Virus record (IMG/VR): IMGVR_UViG_3300044616_000326
Location: 1 to 52,270 of that record
DNA: 52,270 nt
Reading direction: 5' to 3' (one strand)
Source: a virus
Lineage: Duplodnaviria > Caudoviricetes
Part shown: piece by piece, positions 40,253 through 49,398 of the stretch
Layout: every line of letters begins with the position of its first letter
Numbering within the stretch: position 1 is the first letter of the stretch
Position numbers and translations under genes: made by a program
The notes under the pieces: generated by a model
What the model was told of the DNA's origin: nothing
Databases searched by the model: none
What the model saw: the letters and a program-made list of their open reading frames with translations, nothing else

Positions 40253-42157
40253 TTAAAATAAAGTTAGTTGGTTTGTACTTGGTTCAAGGTTCTCAATTTC
40301 CTTTCTTACTTTCTCTAGGTAATACTTGAGATTAATATCATACTCCTCAAACTCTTTCTTTTCATAATCAATCATAAGGGTCTGCATCCATTTACCGGCT
40401 TCTACTTGTATAGCCCGCATGTCCTCATTATTTTTCTTAACAATCTTACCACCACTATTAGATATATAATATCTGATAGTATGTTGTAAAGGGACATCTT
40501 GATACTCACCCTGGTGTACCTTGTGGAAGTGAAAAGACCAGTCTCCTTTAATCTTAACACCACCACAGTAATCAAATATATCTGTGTTAGCTTTCATAAA
40601 GTCTTCCGGGTCTATCCCATCTACAAAATATGCATGTAAAGCTTTAGGAATAATCAAAAAGCTTTTGTTCTTATGCATGGCCAAATCCTTGTACTCAAAT
40701 CTACCCTTGCATTTAGACTTGCCATCTTCAGTAACAGCAATGTAATTATTTACATCACCCAGAACAATCTTACTATAAGTATCATGCTCTAACTGTAGAT
40801 TAGTCATCTCTTCCCATCTCTTACAAATTTCCATATACTTATCTATATGTTTTCTTGGGATCATTGTCTCAAGACCATCTGTATTCTGCATTAGTGGAAT
40901 TGCACCGGGAATCTCTTCACAAATCATCTCATACAGCATTGACAAACTTAGCTGACCATTAATAGTAATCCTCATTGTAAATTCAGGATCATATAGGAAG
41001 CTGTTCTCATCATTACTTAACCCATAGGTTGAGTTTAGGATAATCTTATATACATAATTCTTAGGATCAGATTTAGGAATCTTCTTCCTCTCTTCAAAAA
41101 ACCATTCATACAGACTGCAGAATTCATCTTGTGGTAAATGTGCCGGAGCCCATTTGTTTCTGATAGCCAAATTAGGATAGAAACTAGTAACGTCAGACGT
41201 CATTATTACCATGTCCTCATCAGACTTATAAACTTTACTTCTTCTAGCACCATGAATACCACCAAGACCATAATCAGTCTTTACACCTTTGTACTGTACA
41301 GAGTATTTAAAACCTCCTTTAGTCTGACCCGGGAAGATTACTACTTCCTTAAACTTTTTAAGAAGATTCTGGAATGTAGCTGTCTTAAATTCAATATATG
41401 GTAGAATGATTTCATCTACCTTAATCATACTTCTATGGGTTCTCATTTGTCTAAGATCCCATCTTTTAATACCAGTCTGTTCACTCAGGAACATCAGGAA
41501 TAACTCCTTAGAAATTCTTGGCTCGGAAGCACTGAAGAGATTGATACCATATTCTTCTGTTAGTTGTCTACGTAACTCAATCTGACTCTTGCTGAGCTGC
41601 ATGATCTGTTTAGTAGACTTAACATCATTAATACAATATCTGATAACTTCTGGAATCTGTTCTGCAGTGATTTTACTAGTATGATGAATAGGCATGTCCA
41701 TTATGTTATGCCAATCCATAGTATACTGAATCCACTTTAAAGAACTTCTCTTGGCATTATTATCCCAGTGATTTAATTTAAAGACATCTATCTGGTTAAT
41801 CTGAAGATCTCTTGGAGAGAATTCTAGAAACTCCCCGCGGTTTTGTCTTCCAATAATATCCTGAGCTTTGCCATAAAGCCATTTAGCAATTGATTCTCCT
41901 GTGTTATGAATAACAGTGTCTCTATTTCTGAGAATATACTCAGTAATCTGACTGTCAAATCCAAGACCATTAAAAGATACATGCCATTCTTCTCTTGCAA
42001 TATTACCCTGCAAGAATTCTACAAGCTCTAAGATATCATTCTGTGATTCATGTACTACAAAGATTTCTCTTTGTTCAGACTTAATGTCCTCAAAACAGGC
42101 AATGAAACAATTGGATAAGGTTTCGAAATCCATCACCCAGTGAGTTCTTTCATTCAT
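40253..42157 (-). CDS. polB: Family B DNA polymerase with 3'-5' exonuclease
   Basis: Exo I DFETL, Exo II FNGLGFD, Exo III YCINDV. Pol motif A DVTSFYPN, motif B KIILNSTYG, motif C NTDG. C-terminal QLTLF. Confidence 0.9.
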   Translation of the reverse strand: MNERTHWVMDFETLSNCFIACFEDIKSEQREIFVVHESQNDILELVEFLQGNIAREEWHVSFNGLGFDSQITEYILRNRDTVIHNTGESIAKWLYGKAQDIIGRQNRGEFLEFSPRDLQINQIDVFKLNHWDNNAKRSSLKWIQYTMDWHNIMDMPIHHTSKITAEQIPEVIRYCINDVKSTKQIMQLSKSQIELRRQLTEEYGINLFSASEPRISKELFLMFLSEQTGIKRWDLRQMRTHRSMIKVDEIILPYIEFKTATFQNLLKKFKEVVIFPGQTKGGFKYSVQYKGVKTDYGLGGIHGARRSKVYKSDEDMVIMTSDVTSFYPNLAIRNKWAPAHLPQDEFCSLYEWFFEERKKIPKSDPKNYVYKIILNSTYGLSNDENSFLYDPEFTMRITINGQLSLSMLYEMICEEIPGAIPLMQNTDGLETMIPRKHIDKYMEICKRWEEMTNLQLEHDTYSKIVLGDVNNYIAVTEDGKSKCKGRFEYKDLAMHKNKSFLIIPKALHAYFVDGIDPEDFMKANTDIFDYCGGVKIKGDWSFHFHKVHQGEYQDVPLQHTIRYYISNSGGKIVKKNNEDMRAIQVEAGKWMQTLMIDYEKKEFEEYDINLKYYLEKVRKEIENLEPSTNQLTLF

Positions 42158-42351
42158 ATTTTTTGATTAAAGGATTCATTAAACTCTTTTATAGATTTAC
42201 CTAATCTTCCCATACTGTATGCTTCTTTAAGTCTTTCATTCTCAATTTCTTTGGCTTGTTTAATAGCACTAATTAAGCCTATCTCATAGAATCCAAGATT
42301 GATTTGTTCTTCTAACCATTCTACGGCAGATTGTTGTTTTTCTGTGCTCAT
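42154..42351 (-). CDS. Small hypothetical protein (KQxAVEWL family of Bacteroidota phages)
   Basis: 65 aa, KQQSAVEWL..IKQAKEIE. ATGA overlaps with the genes on both sides. Confidence 0.6.
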   Translation of the reverse strand: MSTEKQQSAVEWLEEQINLGFYEIGLISAIKQAKEIENERLKEAYSMGRLGKSIKEFNESFNQKI

Positions 42352-42893
42352 TTTCCTTCTTTTAAATAATTAATTGCTTTTTCTAAAAGTTCAATAGAAT
42401 CTTTTAGTTTTCCAATGCCACCATTACAGGCATCACATAATAAACCTCTTGCTTCACCTGTTTCATGATTATGATCTACACACAGTTGTCTTTTAAACTT
42501 ATCTTGATGACCACCACAAATAGCACAACAACTATTTTGATACTCTAGCATTTGAAGATATCTCTCATAAGTCATATCTTTTATACCAGCACTTTTCCAA
42601 CCAGAAACTTTACTTACAATAGGATTATAATTAGACCTAGCTTTTGCTCTAACTTCTTCAGGATTATTAATTCTATCCTGTCTTTTTTTTGCATTAATAA
42701 GATCTTTATTCTTATGATACTTTTTAGAAGCAATAGTTTTAGCTTTTTCTTTATTATTCTGGTACCATCTTCTTTGTATTTCTTTATTACAAGTATTACA
42801 AGTTCTGTGAATACCATCTGGTCTAGAAGCATCTTTTCTATATTCGGATAAAGGCTGTTCTATTTTGCAAGTTGTACATTTTTTTGTTTCCAT
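42348..42893 (-). CDS. Endonuclease VII-type HNH homing endonuclease with N-terminal Zn finger
   Basis: CTTC..CNTC Zn finger and CAICG..LCVDHNHETG..RGLLCDACNGGIG Endo VII motif. The likely start is ATG at 42893 (METKK). Confidence 0.85.
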   Translation of the reverse strand: METKKCTTCKIEQPLSEYRKDASRPDGIHRTCNTCNKEIQRRWYQNNKEKAKTIASKKYHKNKDLINAKKRQDRINNPEEVRAKARSNYNPIVSKVSGWKSAGIKDMTYERYLQMLEYQNSCCAICGGHQDKFKRQLCVDHNHETGEARGLLCDACNGGIGKLKDSIELLEKAINYLKEGK

Positions 42894-42897
42894 ACTA

Positions 42898-42929
42898 TAA
42901 ATATACAAAATGGATTAGAAATATGCAAA
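42898..42929 (-). promoter_or_regulatory. Putative promoter TTTG-N20-TATATTTA for the endonuclease
   Basis: The minus strand reads TTTG-catatttctaatccattttg-TATATTTA-tagt-ATG. Confidence 0.6.
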
Positions 42930-42934
42930 TTTAT

Positions 42935-42976
42935 TTAACTTAAAGTTTCATAGTCCATTACCCAATGTGTTCTCAT
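42935..42976 (-). pseudogene. Orphaned 5' end of polB (mini-ORF MRTHWVMDYETLS*)
   Basis: ATG AGA ACA CAT TGG GTA ATG GAC TAT GAA ACT TTA AGT TAA. 11 of 12 residues are identical to PolB residues 4-15. Confidence 0.8.
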
Positions 42977-43014
42977 ATTATTTGTTCAGTTAAGCTGTCC
43001 CCCCGTTACTGCAT

Positions 43015-43047
43015 AAAAAAAGGTAAACTGTAGATTTACCCTTTTTT
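43015..43047. terminator. Intrinsic terminator hairpin
   Basis: A-run, GGTAAA-ctgtaga-TTTACC, then C and a T-run. Confidence 0.7.
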
Positions 43048-43072
43048 ACTGTTACACCTTTAAAACAATTTG

Positions 43073-43414
43073 CTATGAATTAACAAAGCTAAGATAATTA
43101 AAATCTTTATTAACTACAACTAAATTAATTAAATCTTTGATAGATTCTACATCACTAATGTAATATTCTTGAAATACTTCAAGTTTGTGACGTTCTTGTT
43201 TCATTCCTTTTGTCCCTGTGATAGGTTGTCCATACTCATCAAGCTTAGGTAACATCTGTAAAGTATTTCTTTTCTGTTTAGAAATAACTACAAAGACTTT
43301 GCTTTCTGGATCAAAGATACATTCTACATAAGGGGAAGCCTCCGACACTGGGATGGCTCTAAAACTTGGCTTACCACTCCACTCAGAGCTAATAAGCATC
43401 ATACTATTTTCCAT
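43073..43414 (-). CDS. Hypothetical protein
   Basis: 113-aa ORF in the operon, with an A-rich leader. Confidence 0.7.
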   Translation of the reverse strand: MENSMMLISSEWSGKPSFRAIPVSEASPYVECIFDPESKVFVVISKQKRNTLQMLPKLDEYGQPITGTKGMKQERHKLEVFQEYYISDVESIKDLINLVVVNKDFNYLSFVNS

Positions 43415-43435
43415 ATTGGTTTATTTTTTTACAAA

Positions 43436-44002
43436 TTAATCTAGAATTTTTATGTTTTCCAAATTTGCAACTGCAATTAGTAAACATTCTTTATCAAGAT
43501 CTGGTTTATCACATAATTCTCCTACTTCTTCTATTAGTTTTTTATCAACTCCTAGAATCTCTGCATATCTCTCAAACCAATTTTCTGGATTTAAGTAACT
43601 ATTAATATAAACATAGTTACCACTGTACTGCTCAAAGAAATTAAGTATAGTTTCTTTAGTTTGTTTAGATAGTTTACTATATCTACCATTAATTAAATGA
43701 TTCCAATCTTCTTTTAAATCAGAAAAGTCAAATATAAATACACTTTGCTCTTTATTAATAACCACATAATCATGTAATCTAGTATGTTTTAATAAAACAC
43801 TAGACTCAAACTTTTTATATTCTGAATCAGTTCTAGTTTCATACAAACATATTAGTTTCATATCCTCAGAAGTATATGTATCATTCCATCCAAGATAAGT
43901 CTCAGATGGAACAACACTTGTACCTCTTTTAATTCCCAAGAGCGGATATAAAAATATCTTGGACTTTTGAAAGTATTTCCTATAAAGCGTATTTATTACC
44001 AT
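43436..44002 (-). CDS. Hypothetical protein
   Basis: 188-aa ORF, tightly packed downstream of the nuclease gene. Confidence 0.7.
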   Translation of the reverse strand: MVINTLYRKYFQKSKIFLYPLLGIKRGTSVVPSETYLGWNDTYTSEDMKLICLYETRTDSEYKKFESSVLLKHTRLHDYVVINKEQSVFIFDFSDLKEDWNHLINGRYSKLSKQTKETILNFFEQYSGNYVYINSYLNPENWFERYAEILGVDKKLIEEVGELCDKPDLDKECLLIAVANLENIKILD

Positions 44003-44004
44003 AA

Positions 44005-45024
44005 TTAAAGTGTTACATTACCTAAAGCTAATTCATATGGTAGTTTGTATTCTCTGTTTTCATAGTGATATTTAATTTTATCTTCTATGTCTTCAAAGTC
44101 AGCTAACCACATTTCTAATGTTTCTTTGCTTACCTGGTAAGGATACACTTGGTTGTACTTATCAATTACTATGAATGTAATTACTATATTCCATTCAACA
44201 GCATCTGGAAGTGGTTTAATGAAATTCTCCCAGGCAAGCTTGTGATAAATGGCAGCTTGAATCCAATACTTATAATAGCTTACAGACTCTGGAAAAGATC
44301 CAATATCCTTACCTGTAGTCTTCAAGTCATTAATAAATAAAGTCTTGGAATCATAATCCATTACCACATTATCTAAGATACCTTTATAGCCAAATGGTAA
44401 ATGCTCCTGATTAATACTAATCATATGCTCACTAAATGTTTTTATGTGAACATCATTAGGAGTTTTATCCAATTGCAAAAGAGATCTTACTGCTTGATTA
44501 GACTTTAGTTCTATAAGAGATTCTTTGCAGTTATTCAAAGTAACCTCATCAACTATAGTCTTATCAAGACTTTCTTTTAAGAAATCAAAATAGGATTTAT
44601 TTTCTTCTGTGAGAACTTTGTCTAATCTTTGAGCATCTGTTTTAAGAGACTGGTAGAGATTTGCTGTAACTAATTCTGAGAGTATTTCTTGAGAGTAATC
44701 ATTCAAAGATAATGAATCATTTCCAACTGTACAATGGTACTTGAAAATATTATCAATAATCTTTCTTTGGCTATCCGTAGGATATTTGCCTGGCATGCTA
44801 ATAAATTGTTTATCATAACTGTCTGGCTCAAATAAAAGACAGTGTAGGACACGCCCTGCTACCAGGTGCGCGTCCGTACTATCTTCTCTTTGATTCAAAA
44901 CATAATGACTGTAAAACATTCTAGGTGAAAACAATAGCTTATTAATGCTACTGTAGCTAAACCAGAATGGTTTCTTGTAGAATAGTTCTAGTTCATCAGA
45001 ACCAGTCAATGTCAGTGGACTCAT
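44005..45024 (-). CDS. PD-(D/E)xK exonuclease (RecE/Cas4-like, DUF3799-like)
   Basis: SYSSI..G..LH..E..KGILD..INDLKTT..Y..QAAIY motifs. Confidence 0.8.
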   Translation of the reverse strand: MSPLTLTGSDELELFYKKPFWFSYSSINKLLFSPRMFYSHYVLNQREDSTDAHLVAGRVLHCLLFEPDSYDKQFISMPGKYPTDSQRKIIDNIFKYHCTVGNDSLSLNDYSQEILSELVTANLYQSLKTDAQRLDKVLTEENKSYFDFLKESLDKTIVDEVTLNNCKESLIELKSNQAVRSLLQLDKTPNDVHIKTFSEHMISINQEHLPFGYKGILDNVVMDYDSKTLFINDLKTTGKDIGSFPESVSYYKYWIQAAIYHKLAWENFIKPLPDAVEWNIVITFIVIDKYNQVYPYQVSKETLEMWLADFEDIEDKIKYHYENREYKLPYELALGNVTL

Positions 45025-46273
45025 TAGTTTCTTCTATTTGATTGTTATTTGATACAGGTACTACTTCCTCAAGAATAATTTCTTCAGGTGGTGGAGGTAA
45101 CTCATTAGATTCTTCTAGAACTGGTGCACTTAAATCATCCTGATCTGATAAATATGGGTGCTCCTCAAGAATTTCAGGTGCAACTTCATCTTCTATAAGA
45201 ATTTCAGGCGCATCTTCTAAACCAGCAGCAAATTCTAAGATCGGATTCTTATCATCAAATGCAATTTCTGCTCTATAGTCAGAGTTAATTGCTACTGAAA
45301 CTTCTGGTGTAGGGAACATACTTGCTACATTGAAAGTAGAACTTCTAGCAATATTAGTTACAAACCAATCAAGCCTAGATTCTAAAAGAATACTTAACCA
45401 CTCTGTGGTAAGAAGATTAAGTGAAACTAATTTCTTAGAAACATCATCCGGATCTAAATACTCTAGATCCCTTACTCTGAGACCAAAGTAACTTACCATA
45501 GACTTAAAGTTAACATGGTTCTTAGTATTACATTCTGCTATCCTATGACCATATTCTTCAAGCAGCATAAGCAGATATAGTGCACTCTCTACATAATTAG
45601 AGTTTGCCATAATCTCCATTGCCATGATATGATTGTCTTTGTCTGAGCTCTTAAACATCTCACGCAACTGAGTATATACCTCATTACTAATTGTTACAGC
45701 ATCATCACCATTAATCATAGCAAGCAATTCAGACTCATCATAAACTACTTTATTCTGACATTCTTCAATCAATTCTTTCCACTCATCATCTATATGATAA
45801 TAGTGAAAAGAACTTCCAGTAAATACACTAGTAACTACATGGTTATTTATACTAACTTTAGTACTGTAATTAAAATATACATTATCTGATTCTGAAGATT
45901 GCATAGCTGTACGTAGATTATCTTTATAATAATCATCTACATCTACTTTATCAAGGTACTCTTCAATCTTAGCTACTGGTGCTGTATAATACCAACTACC
46001 GTTTAATAGTTTACCTGCAGTAGCTTTACCTGTAATTATTACATTTGCTTTGTCAGAATCTCTTACTACTTTAATCCCTTGATTAAGTGCTAAGTCTTTC
46101 AGTTTGGCTCTTGGGATATTAACACCCGGCATAAGATAAATTGTATCTCCTTGCGCAGGAGTATACCCTTTACTTATTGTAAATAGTTCAAATTTTGAAG
46201 AGTCTTCAAGTACATATCTTACATCTACATTGAATACTCCATCTTCTATATCAAAAAATACTGCTCTTGTCAT
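44996..46273 (-). CDS. Hypothetical protein with possible BRCT-like N-terminal domain and acidic tail
   Basis: IYLMPG..PRAKLKDLALNQGIKVVRDSDKANVIITG resembles a BRCT fold. Ends in an acidic tail ..TDIDWF. Confidence 0.55.
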   Translation of the reverse strand: MTRAVFFDIEDGVFNVDVRYVLEDSSKFELFTISKGYTPAQGDTIYLMPGVNIPRAKLKDLALNQGIKVVRDSDKANVIITGKATAGKLLNGSWYYTAPVAKIEEYLDKVDVDDYYKDNLRTAMQSSESDNVYFNYSTKVSINNHVVTSVFTGSSFHYYHIDDEWKELIEECQNKVVYDESELLAMINGDDAVTISNEVYTQLREMFKSSDKDNHIMAMEIMANSNYVESALYLLMLLEEYGHRIAECNTKNHVNFKSMVSYFGLRVRDLEYLDPDDVSKKLVSLNLLTTEWLSILLESRLDWFVTNIARSSTFNVASMFPTPEVSVAINSDYRAEIAFDDKNPILEFAAGLEDAPEILIEDEVAPEILEEHPYLSDQDDLSAPVLEESNELPPPPEEIILEEVVPVSNNNQIEETNESTDIDWF

Positions 46274-46280
46274 AATTATA

Positions 46281-46308
46281 AAATAAAGGGGGCTGTTACA
46301 CCCCCTTA
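46281..46308 (-). terminator. Intrinsic terminator
   Basis: Minus strand AAGGGGG-tgtaacag-CCCCCTT-TATTTT. Confidence 0.7.
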
Positions 46309-46312
46309 GTTA

Positions 46313-47482
46313 TTACTGAATTGCCATCTTAACTACGTTAGTATCTTGCATAAGCTTTGCAAACTTAACCTTGTTACCATTTACAATCTCTTTGACCATA
46401 TAGTATCTTAAGTCATTTGTAAAGCCATCAAACTCTGTAGTAAGTTTAGCCAATCTGTCAATCATAGCTTGTGGAACTCCACCTTTGTCAGCTACAGTAA
46501 GTGCATAGTTAATTACACGTGTTGCAATGACACTGGATAAGTCAGCACGGAAATCATCACCTTGTCCTACTGAAGATAGAATAGCACCTTTTACATATGC
46601 TTCATCCTTAGTAAGGATATCTTCAGGAGAAATAATCTTATCTAGTTTATTATTAATAAACATAGTAAACATGCTAGAGAAATCTGCACCAACAGAACCC
46701 TCACCAATCATTTGGATAAGTGGTAACTGTTCTTCAAACTTAGGAATAGAACTAATAGCATTGAAGAATGTAGTGATAGATCTTGGATTCACACGTTGGG
46801 TTACAAGTTCTGGGTGCATCAACATGAAGTTAATACATCTACCATCAATACCTGCACTCTCAGCCCACTTAGCCCATACGTTAGCATCATACTTCATCTC
46901 AACAGAAATAAATCTGGTCTTCTGAGCTACGTCAAGACTAGTTACATTATAGTCACCATTGTCTGGATTTGAAGTCAAGATAACATGCCAGTTCTTAGGA
47001 AGCTTCCATGATACATATTCTTGACGGTCAAGAATCTCCATAGTAGCTTGCATAAATCTGTGGTCAGCACGAGTATAGTCATCCAAGATTAGGAAACCAC
47101 CCTCACCTTTGCCTTGAATCCATTCTGGAGCAGCATGAGACATTCTTTTATCAGCTACAGTATAGCCTGCTTTAAGAGCACCATTTACTTGAGCTTCAGT
47201 AATCCATCTTTGTTTACCCTCTTGGTTCTTTACAAGAAATTCTTTAACAGGAAAACCAACAAGGTCACCTAACTCCTCAATCTGAGATAGATTAAGTTTT
47301 ACAACATCCATTTCAAGCTCTTTGCCCAATTGTAAAATAGTTGAAGTCTTACCAAGACCAGCATCACCCTCAATATTAACAGCTACAGGAACTTTACCCT
47401 GAGCTTGGATGTGCTGATTATTATTTACCATGTGACGGATAAAACCTTTCAACTCTTCTGCATTCAATTGTACTGTGTTCAT
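46313..47482 (-). CDS. MoxR-like AAA+ ATPase
   Basis: Walker A GDAGLGKT, Walker B LILDDYTRA, sensor TSNP and arginine finger LDVAQKTRF. Adjacent to a VWA gene. Confidence 0.85.
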   Translation of the reverse strand: MNTVQLNAEELKGFIRHMVNNNQHIQAQGKVPVAVNIEGDAGLGKTSTILQLGKELEMDVVKLNLSQIEELGDLVGFPVKEFLVKNQEGKQRWITEAQVNGALKAGYTVADKRMSHAAPEWIQGKGEGGFLILDDYTRADHRFMQATMEILDRQEYVSWKLPKNWHVILTSNPDNGDYNVTSLDVAQKTRFISVEMKYDANVWAKWAESAGIDGRCINFMLMHPELVTQRVNPRSITTFFNAISSIPKFEEQLPLIQMIGEGSVGADFSSMFTMFINNKLDKIISPEDILTKDEAYVKGAILSSVGQGDDFRADLSSVIATRVINYALTVADKGGVPQAMIDRLAKLTTEFDGFTNDLRYYMVKEIVNGNKVKFAKLMQDTNVVKMAIQ

Positions 47483-47493
47483 AATGTTTGTTT

Positions 47494-48675
47494 TTATAAT
47501 TCTAATTTAATTATCTGCCCCGGAAGGTCTTCATTCATGCCTGATCTTTCTGACAAAACCCATAGGACTTTACCCTTTGGTTTTACAGATGTATAACATT
47601 CACCATCAGTAAAATATACCAAGCTTGTATATTTCTTTAGGTTTGCATTGTAATAATCTAGGACGGGATCAAATTCAGTCCCACCTCTTCCTAATACACT
47701 AATCTCATTCTTACCTTTGTAAGGCTCAATAGATTTAATAGAAGTATCACACTGTACTACAGTAATATCTACTCCTACTTTATAGATATGATGTATCTCA
47801 TTCATAAACTCAGCAAGTTCTGTATCACTTACTGAACCTGAAGTATCAATAGCAAGCAGCATGTGCTGACGCATCTTAATCTTCAGACCTGGATTATCTT
47901 CATATCTACGGTTCTCTTTTCTTCTAATCTTCTTAGTAAATACTTTAGTACTTACTCCAGTAAATCTTCTGAGATAACCTTTCCAATCAAATTTAGGTGC
48001 AGTAAACTCCTCAACTACAATTAGACCCTCAATCTCACCTGGTACATTACCACGTTTCTTTACAGTCTGTTCTTTTGCATCTTGTAGAATTTTCTGAACC
48101 TGCTTTTCAATTAGCTTTTTCTCAGCATCAGTCATGTCTTCAAACTCTTCCCATGTGCTATGATCTGGAATATTTCCACTAGCTACATTATCAAGAAGTT
48201 TATCCATGGCATCATTACCTGTTGTGCCATTCTTATCCTTCTCATCTTGAAGGCGGAGAAGCTGGTCATAGTAATATCTACAACCAGCCTTTTTATCTAG
48301 TTTAAGATCTTCATAATCTTCAATTCTGATACCTCCTTCTGGCAGCCAAGAGTCCTCAATATACTGATTAATTTCCATATCCATGGCAACATTTGCAAGT
48401 TTTTTATTACTAAAAGAACTAAAACTTGTAAGGTGTCCAAATGCAATATGGAGCAATTCATGTTTCAGTAAGCCCATTTTATGATCATCACTTAGACTAG
48501 TCCAGAATTCCTCATTGATGGCTAATTGATAATTAATATTCTGTTTGCTTACTCCTGCAGTTGGGAGATCTTTTCTCCAAACTTTATTCAACATAATGAG
48601 AAAGAACCCGTAATAGGGCTCTTTCAACATTAAGTCTTTACTTATTTTACTAAGGCTCTGTGCTTTGTCCATCAT
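47494..48675 (-). CDS. Zincin metallopeptidase + VWA domain protein (DUF2201-like)
   Basis: HELLH..H, NVAMDMEIN, MIDAS DTSGS, GRGGTEF and YFTDG. Confidence 0.85.
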   Translation of the reverse strand: MMDKAQSLSKISKDLMLKEPYYGFFLIMLNKVWRKDLPTAGVSKQNINYQLAINEEFWTSLSDDHKMGLLKHELLHIAFGHLTSFSSFSNKKLANVAMDMEINQYIEDSWLPEGGIRIEDYEDLKLDKKAGCRYYYDQLLRLQDEKDKNGTTGNDAMDKLLDNVASGNIPDHSTWEEFEDMTDAEKKLIEKQVQKILQDAKEQTVKKRGNVPGEIEGLIVVEEFTAPKFDWKGYLRRFTGVSTKVFTKKIRRKENRRYEDNPGLKIKMRQHMLLAIDTSGSVSDTELAEFMNEIHHIYKVGVDITVVQCDTSIKSIEPYKGKNEISVLGRGGTEFDPVLDYYNANLKKYTSLVYFTDGECYTSVKPKGKVLWVLSERSGMNEDLPGQIIKLEL

Positions 48676-49051
48676 CTTTTATTTTTACATTGATGTCTAC
48701 TTTGTCCATTGGATACCCTATGCTTCCTAACATACTGGTTAAGTCCCGGATGAAAAACTCCAGGAATGTTTCTATTACATGCTTGGCTGCTTTATTATTA
48801 GTAATAATACCAAGTACACGTGCAGATGATAATGCTATGGCTTCATCACCAATTACATCCGCAATTCTCTGTGCAGTCTTTGGGATCTCTTTCTTCCATT
48901 GTGCAAATGGTTGTCCTGAAAATTTATACAATAATACTAGCTCATTATTATCAAGTGTACTATTCTCAATTGCATGAAATGCAACTACATGGTTCTCAGA
49001 ATCACTTGATTGAAACATGTTAATCAGATTTTTTAATTCATCTTTTGTCAT
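48650..49051 (-). CDS. Hypothetical protein
   Basis: 133-aa ORF. Shares an MFxSSDxxNH motif with 44996..46273. Confidence 0.65.
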   Translation of the reverse strand: MTKDELKNLINMFQSSDSENHVVAFHAIENSTLDNNELVLLYKFSGQPFAQWKKEIPKTAQRIADVIGDEAIALSSARVLGIITNNKAAKHVIETFLEFFIRDLTSMLGSIGYPMDKVDINVKIKDDGQSTEP

Positions 49052-49398
49052 TAGTCTTCAATTTTTAAGGTCTTAATAGCCCAGTCTTTAATTTCACCGG
49101 ATGCAATCATATCTATCCATTCTTTTGCAGTAGGAATATATCCATTGCAATCTTCTTTAACATGTTGTTCTGCAACATATCTTGTATATACTCTTTTGTC
49201 ATCAGAATTTATAATATAAAAACCATGACGTTTCTCACATTCAAATATACCCTCACTATGGTGACGGAACATTCTATGTTTACTATGACCTACCCATGCT
49301 TTGGTTTCATCAAACCAATTATGAATATGCATATAGTCTTCTGGTATACCTCCAAACTTTCTAGCTGAAGATACTGCATGTTGATACGGATGTGCCAT
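49051..49398 (-). CDS. His-rich conserved phage protein (DUF6915-like)
   Basis: HPYQHAVSSARKFGG..IHNWFD..HRMFRHHSEGIF..EQHVKED. Confidence 0.65.
   Translation of the reverse strand: MAHPYQHAVSSARKFGGIPEDYMHIHNWFDETKAWVGHSKHRMFRHHSEGIFECEKRHGFYIINSDDKRVYTRYVAEQHVKEDCNGYIPTAKEWIDMIASGEIKDWAIKTLKIED

Larger units (their letters stand above)
42154..42937 (-). mobile_element. Endonuclease cassette inserted in the 5' end of polB
   Basis: Bracketed by two copies of the PolB N-terminal peptide (RTHWVMD[YF]ETLS at 42938-42973 and 42113-42148). It carries its own promoter-like motif. Confidence 0.65.

Noticed and set aside
21652-42157. Inteins in the vRNAP or PolB
   Set aside because: No C/S...HN-[CST] splice junctions or LAGLIDADG blocks were recognised. 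The vRNAP has no internal Cys and PolB is of compact length.
42113-42937. Group I intron in polB (the mini-ORF ends in U and the insert encodes an endonuclease)
   Set aside because: The insert is almost entirely filled by two ORFs, leaving no room for a ribozyme core. PolB also has its own complete start, so splicing is unnecessary.
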